A stretch of DNA of 64,000 nt, taken from positions 782 through 64,781 of the forward strand of contig JBBJNU010000001.1 of the NCBI GenBank assembly GCA_037721005.1, written 5' to 3'. Made by a program: the position numbers and the translations under genes. Source of the DNA: Thermoleophilaceae bacterium. Its GTDB lineage: Bacteria; Actinomycetota; Thermoleophilia; Solirubrobacterales; Thermoleophilaceae. Below, one piece after another: positions 60,912 through 64,000 of the stretch. The first letter of the stretch is position 1. Each line of letters begins with the position of its first letter. The notes under the pieces are model-generated. The model saw nothing but the letters and a program-made list of their open reading frames with translations, did no database searches and was not told where the DNA came from.

Positions 60912-62555
60912 TCAGTCCGGCGGTATGCGCATGTATGGCAGGGCGAAGGAGACGATCTTCTCGAACGCCGGGGCGGCCACCTCGGCGCCGTAGTAGCCGT
61001 TCTGAGGCTCGTCGACCATCACGGCCACGAGGAGCTTTGGATCGCGGGCCGGGGCATAGCCGATGAACGACGAGAAGAACTTGAAGTCCGAGTAGCCGCC
61101 GGTCTCCGGGTCGGGCTTCTCCGCCGTGCCTGTCTTGCCGGCCAGCTCGTAGCCCTCGATCGACGCCTCCTGGGCGGTTCCACCGGCGCCCAGCACACCC
61201 TCGAGCATCTTCGACACCTGCCCCGCCGTGCGCTCGGAGAGCACGCGCCGACCCGGGTCGCGCTCGCCTGCGACCACGTGCGGCTGGTGGAGCACGCCGC
61301 CGTTGGCGAGCGCCCCGTAACCGGCCGCCATCTGCATGGGCGTGACCGCCAGGCCCTGGCCGATCGGCATGTTGCCCAACGACGAGCCCGAGTAGTCGGC
61401 GGGCCGCGGCACGATGCCGCCGGCTTCGCCGGGAAGCCCGATTCCGGTGGACTCGCCGAAGCCGAACCGTCGCACCCACTTGTCAAAGCGGGTCTTGCCC
61501 ATCTTCAGGCCGATCATCACCGATCCCACGTTGGAGGACTGGGCGAGGATGTCCGCTGTGGTGAGCGTCCGGGGGCCCAGGTCGTGGGCCTCGCCGATCC
61601 TGCGGTCGGCCACGAGGATCTCGGACGGCACGTCGAATGAGGTCCCGGGGCGGATGAGCCGTTCCTCGATCGCGCCCGCCACCGTGAAGGCCTTGAAGGT
61701 CGATCCAGGCTCGTAGCTGGACGTGACCGCCCGGTTCTGCCGGGCGTACTCGGGCGCCGCGCCGAAGTCGTTGGCGTCCACCCGGGGCCAGTTGGCCAGG
61801 GCCAGCAGCTCGCCGCTGCGCGGGTCCATCACGACGGCCGTGGCCGCGCGGGGCAGGTGCTTCTGTCCCAGCTCGCCCATCACGGCTTCCACGCGCTCCT
61901 GGAGCACGGAGTCGATCGTGAGCCGCATGTCCTCGCCCGCCTCCGCGCGCCTGGAGTCGATGATGCTCACCGGCTTGCCCATCGCGTCCTTCACGAGGCG
62001 GCGCTTGCCGTCCTCTCCCCCGAGCTCGTCCTCGTACTGCTGCTCGATACCCGACAGCCCGTAGTTGTCGGTGCCCACCGATCCCACGAGCTGGGCGGCC
62101 ATGCGGCCCTGGGGGTAGGTGCGCTTGGCTTCGGTCACCGTGCCCACCCCCTCGATCTCGAGCTTCTCCACCTTGGCTCCACGCACGGGTCCGAGCTTGC
62201 GGGCGAGGTAAACGAAGCCCTTCTCGGAGTCCGCGAGCTCTTCGAGGACGGCCTCGCGGGGCCGGCCGAGCAGCGGCGCGAGCTTCCCGGCGGCGCCCGC
62301 CGGATCCTTCACCTGCATCGGATTGGCGAACACCGTGATCGCGTCCTCGGACACGGCCAGCTCCAAGCCGTTGCGATCGGTGATGGTGCCTCGGCGGGCG
62401 GTCACCTCGATGTCCTCGGTCTGCTGGCCGAGAGCACGCTCCTTCAGGCCTCCGGCCTTCACCGTGCCTAGCCAGGCCGCCTTGCCCCCCGCGGCCAGGA
62501 GCAGGACGAGAAAGAGGGCGAAGAGGAGACCGATCCGGCGGTCGAGCAGGACCAC
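60912..62555 (-). CDS. ftsI: class B penicillin-binding protein (FtsI-type transpeptidase)
   Basis: N-terminal TM anchor; STFK, SSN and KTGT active-site motifs. Confidence 0.9.
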   Translation of the reverse strand: MVLLDRRIGLLFALFLVLLLAAGGKAAWLGTVKAGGLKERALGQQTEDIEVTARRGTITDRNGLELAVSEDAITVFANPMQVKDPAGAAGKLAPLLGRPREAVLEELADSEKGFVYLARKLGPVRGAKVEKLEIEGVGTVTEAKRTYPQGRMAAQLVGSVGTDNYGLSGIEQQYEDELGGEDGKRRLVKDAMGKPVSIIDSRRAEAGEDMRLTIDSVLQERVEAVMGELGQKHLPRAATAVVMDPRSGELLALANWPRVDANDFGAAPEYARQNRAVTSSYEPGSTFKAFTVAGAIEERLIRPGTSFDVPSEILVADRRIGEAHDLGPRTLTTADILAQSSNVGSVMIGLKMGKTRFDKWVRRFGFGESTGIGLPGEAGGIVPRPADYSGSSLGNMPIGQGLAVTPMQMAAGYGALANGGVLHQPHVVAGERDPGRRVLSERTAGQVSKMLEGVLGAGGTAQEASIEGYELAGKTGTAEKPDPETGGYSDFKFFSSFIGYAPARDPKLLVAVMVDEPQNGYYGAEVAAPAFEKIVSFALPYMRIPPD

Positions 62556-62562
62556 GGAGCGG

Positions 62563-63258
62563 CTAGCCCGCCGGAGCGCCGGTGGCCGGATCTATGGGGG
62601 CGCCGGTCGCGGGGTCGATTGAAACGCCGGTGGTGGGATCCACGGGCGCGGCTTGAACGGGCGTCACCACGGGGGCACTGGCCGAGGGCGCCACCGGGGC
62701 GCCGGTCACGGGATCGATCGTGGGCGCCACCTCGTCGGCCACGGGCTCGGACCCCGCATCGGTCGGCACCGGCTCGGGTATCCCTGGCGCCGCGGCCACG
62801 CCCGGGTCCTCCTCGAGCCTCCGCGCGGCGCTGTCACCGTCCACGGAGGGGTTCGACCTCAGGTAGCGCACCTCGCCCGGGGCGGGCAGCACGAGGCCTG
62901 CCTGGGCGGCGACCGCCTGAATGCGCTCACTCGACCCGAGCCGCGCGGTGAGTGCGCGAAGGCGCGCGTTGTCGCGCTTCATCTCCCCTGCGGCTGTGGT
63001 CGTGGCGGCTATCTCGTTGTTCATGCGCAGGAGATCCACGTTGAAGAACACGATTCCCGCCAGCAGCACGAACACGAGGGCGATCCACGCGCGCCCATGA
63101 AGGAGGGCGTCGAGCACGGCGGCGCCGCGCGGCAGGGTGCGCTTGGGCGCGGGCTTCGGCGCCGGCTTTGCCGCTGTGCCGCGCCTGCGAACCGGGGCGG
63201 GACGCCGGGCGGGCGGGGTTCTACGGGCAGGAGCGTGGCGAGCCGGCGCTACGGGCAT
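62563..63258 (-). CDS. FtsL-like bitopic cell-division protein with Pro/Thr-rich repeat tail
   Basis: Basic Pro-rich N-terminus, one TM helix (WIALVFVLLAGIVFF), a coiled-coil-like segment, then DPxTGAP repeats. Position between rsmH and ftsI. Confidence 0.55.
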   Translation of the reverse strand: MPVAPARHAPARRTPPARRPAPVRRRGTAAKPAPKPAPKRTLPRGAAVLDALLHGRAWIALVFVLLAGIVFFNVDLLRMNNEIAATTTAAGEMKRDNARLRALTARLGSSERIQAVAAQAGLVLPAPGEVRYLRSNPSVDGDSAARRLEEDPGVAAAPGIPEPVPTDAGSEPVADEVAPTIDPVTGAPVAPSASAPVVTPVQAAPVDPTTGVSIDPATGAPIDPATGAPAG

Positions 63259-64000
63259 CAGGCCGGCTCCTCCTGCAGGCGCCGGGCGGCGCGCAGGCGC
63301 CCGGAGCGCGAACGCGGGTTATCGGCCACCTCGCCGGGGCTCGGGCCAACGGCGCGGCGGGTCACGAGCTCGGCTTCGGGGGTGCGCCCGCAGCCGCACA
63401 CCGGCAGGTCCGGCGGGCAGATGCAGCCCACGGCGCGCTCGGCCAGGAAGCGCTTCACGCGACGATCCTCGAGCGAGTGGAAGGAGATCGCAGCCAGACG
63501 GCCGCCGGCCGCCAGCACGCTCCACGCGGCGGGCAGGGCGCGGTCGAGCGATTCAAGCTCCGAGTTCACTGCGATGCGAACCGCCTGGAACACCCGCTTG
63601 GCGGGGCTGCTGCCCCCGAAACGCCGCCGCACCGCGGCGGGAAGGGCTCCCTCGATCGCGTCCACCAGCTCGGCGGTGGTGTCAAGCGGAGCCTTTGCGC
63701 GCCGCCTGACCAACTCACGGGCGATGATCCGGGCGTTCGGATCTTCTCCGTAGGAGCGAAAGAGCTGCGCGAGGCGCCGCTCGTCCCAGTCGTTCACGAT
63801 CTCGCGCGCGTCGAGGTCCTGGCTCGGGTCCATCCGCATGTCGAGCGGAGCGTCATAGGAGTAGGAGAAGCCGCGCTCGCGGGCGTCGATCTGCATTGAG
63901 GAGACGCCCAGGTCGAGATACACGAGGTCGGCCCGGAAGCCCTCCGCGACGAGGAGCTCGAGAGCGTCGGCGTAGTCCATGCGCAGGAAGCGGGTGTCGC
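63258..64000 (-). CDS. rsmH: 16S rRNA (cytosine1402-N4)-methyltransferase (N-terminus outside window)
   Basis: DLGVSSMQID, LDMRMD and ISFHSLEDR motifs. The reading frame stays open to the window edge. Confidence 0.88.
   Translation of the reverse strand, partial: DTRFLRMDYADALELLVAEGFRADLVYLDLGVSSMQIDARERGFSYSYDAPLDMRMDPSQDLDAREIVNDWDERRLAQLFRSYGEDPNARIIARELVRRRAKAPLDTTAELVDAIEGALPAAVRRRFGGSSPAKRVFQAVRIAVNSELESLDRALPAAWSVLAAGGRLAAISFHSLEDRRVKRFLAERAVGCICPPDLPVCGCGRTPEAELVTRRAVGPSPGEVADNPRSRSGRLRAARRLQEEPA

Overview
This is a high-GC, densely coding chromosomal segment. Gene content and organisation fit an actinobacterial-type genome, possibly a deep-branching Thermoleophilia/Rubrobacteria-like lineage; that placement is inference only. 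I saw no rRNA, tRNA, CRISPR array, transposase or integrase. About 70 protein genes are supported.

Gene blocks:
- 1-11.7 kb: a mixed-orientation block holding bcp, fmt, a GGDEF protein, a single-domain MetE homologue, a GT39 glycosyltransferase, a voltage-gated-type ion channel, a truncated-globin remnant, ettA, and GFA and DUF2277 proteins. It separates def from fmt.
- 11.7-25.8 kb: a long minus-strand array, def-priA ... metK-der-cmk-(PD40)-aroA-tyrA-[vapBC]-DAHP synthase I-alpha-DAHP synthase I-beta.
- 26.1-30.7 kb: PHP phosphoesterase plus fused ATP sulfurylase/APS kinase, then hisC-like-aroH-[vapBC].
- 30.7-43.4 kb: rluB, fcl, DUF2252, rlmN, EamA/LysR, scpAB, and trpS translationally coupled to two Tat-exported sulfatase-like paralogues.
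- 43.8-48.4 kb: gcvT-H-PA-PB.
- 49.6-64 kb: a dcw cluster, rsmH-ftsL-ftsI-murE-murF-mraY-ftsW-murG-(reverse-strand gene)-murC-murB-ftsQ-ftsZ.

Most notable observations, all read by eye and none computed:
- An unannotated 30-codon leader ORF ending W-Y-W-R-F-S lies upstream of the tandem DAHP synthase genes, a candidate aromatic-amino-acid attenuator.
- A composite 21-nt-unit repeat element is present in three copies. Two are inverted and bracket gcvT plus plsC. One of those is translated as a gcvT C-terminal extension. A third supplies the SD and N-terminal extension of metK.
- A 195-bp chimeric patch joins copies of an ettA fragment and of the MetE-homologue 3' end in the order expected of a duplication or circle junction.
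- Two VapBC modules are wedged into aromatic-biosynthesis operons.
- The dcw cluster lacks murD and is interrupted by an opposite-strand secreted-protein gene.
- The sulfatase-like paralogues have Thr at the formylglycine position.

Many long ORFs in the supplied track are alternate-frame or antisense shadows typical of GC-rich DNA and were not called.
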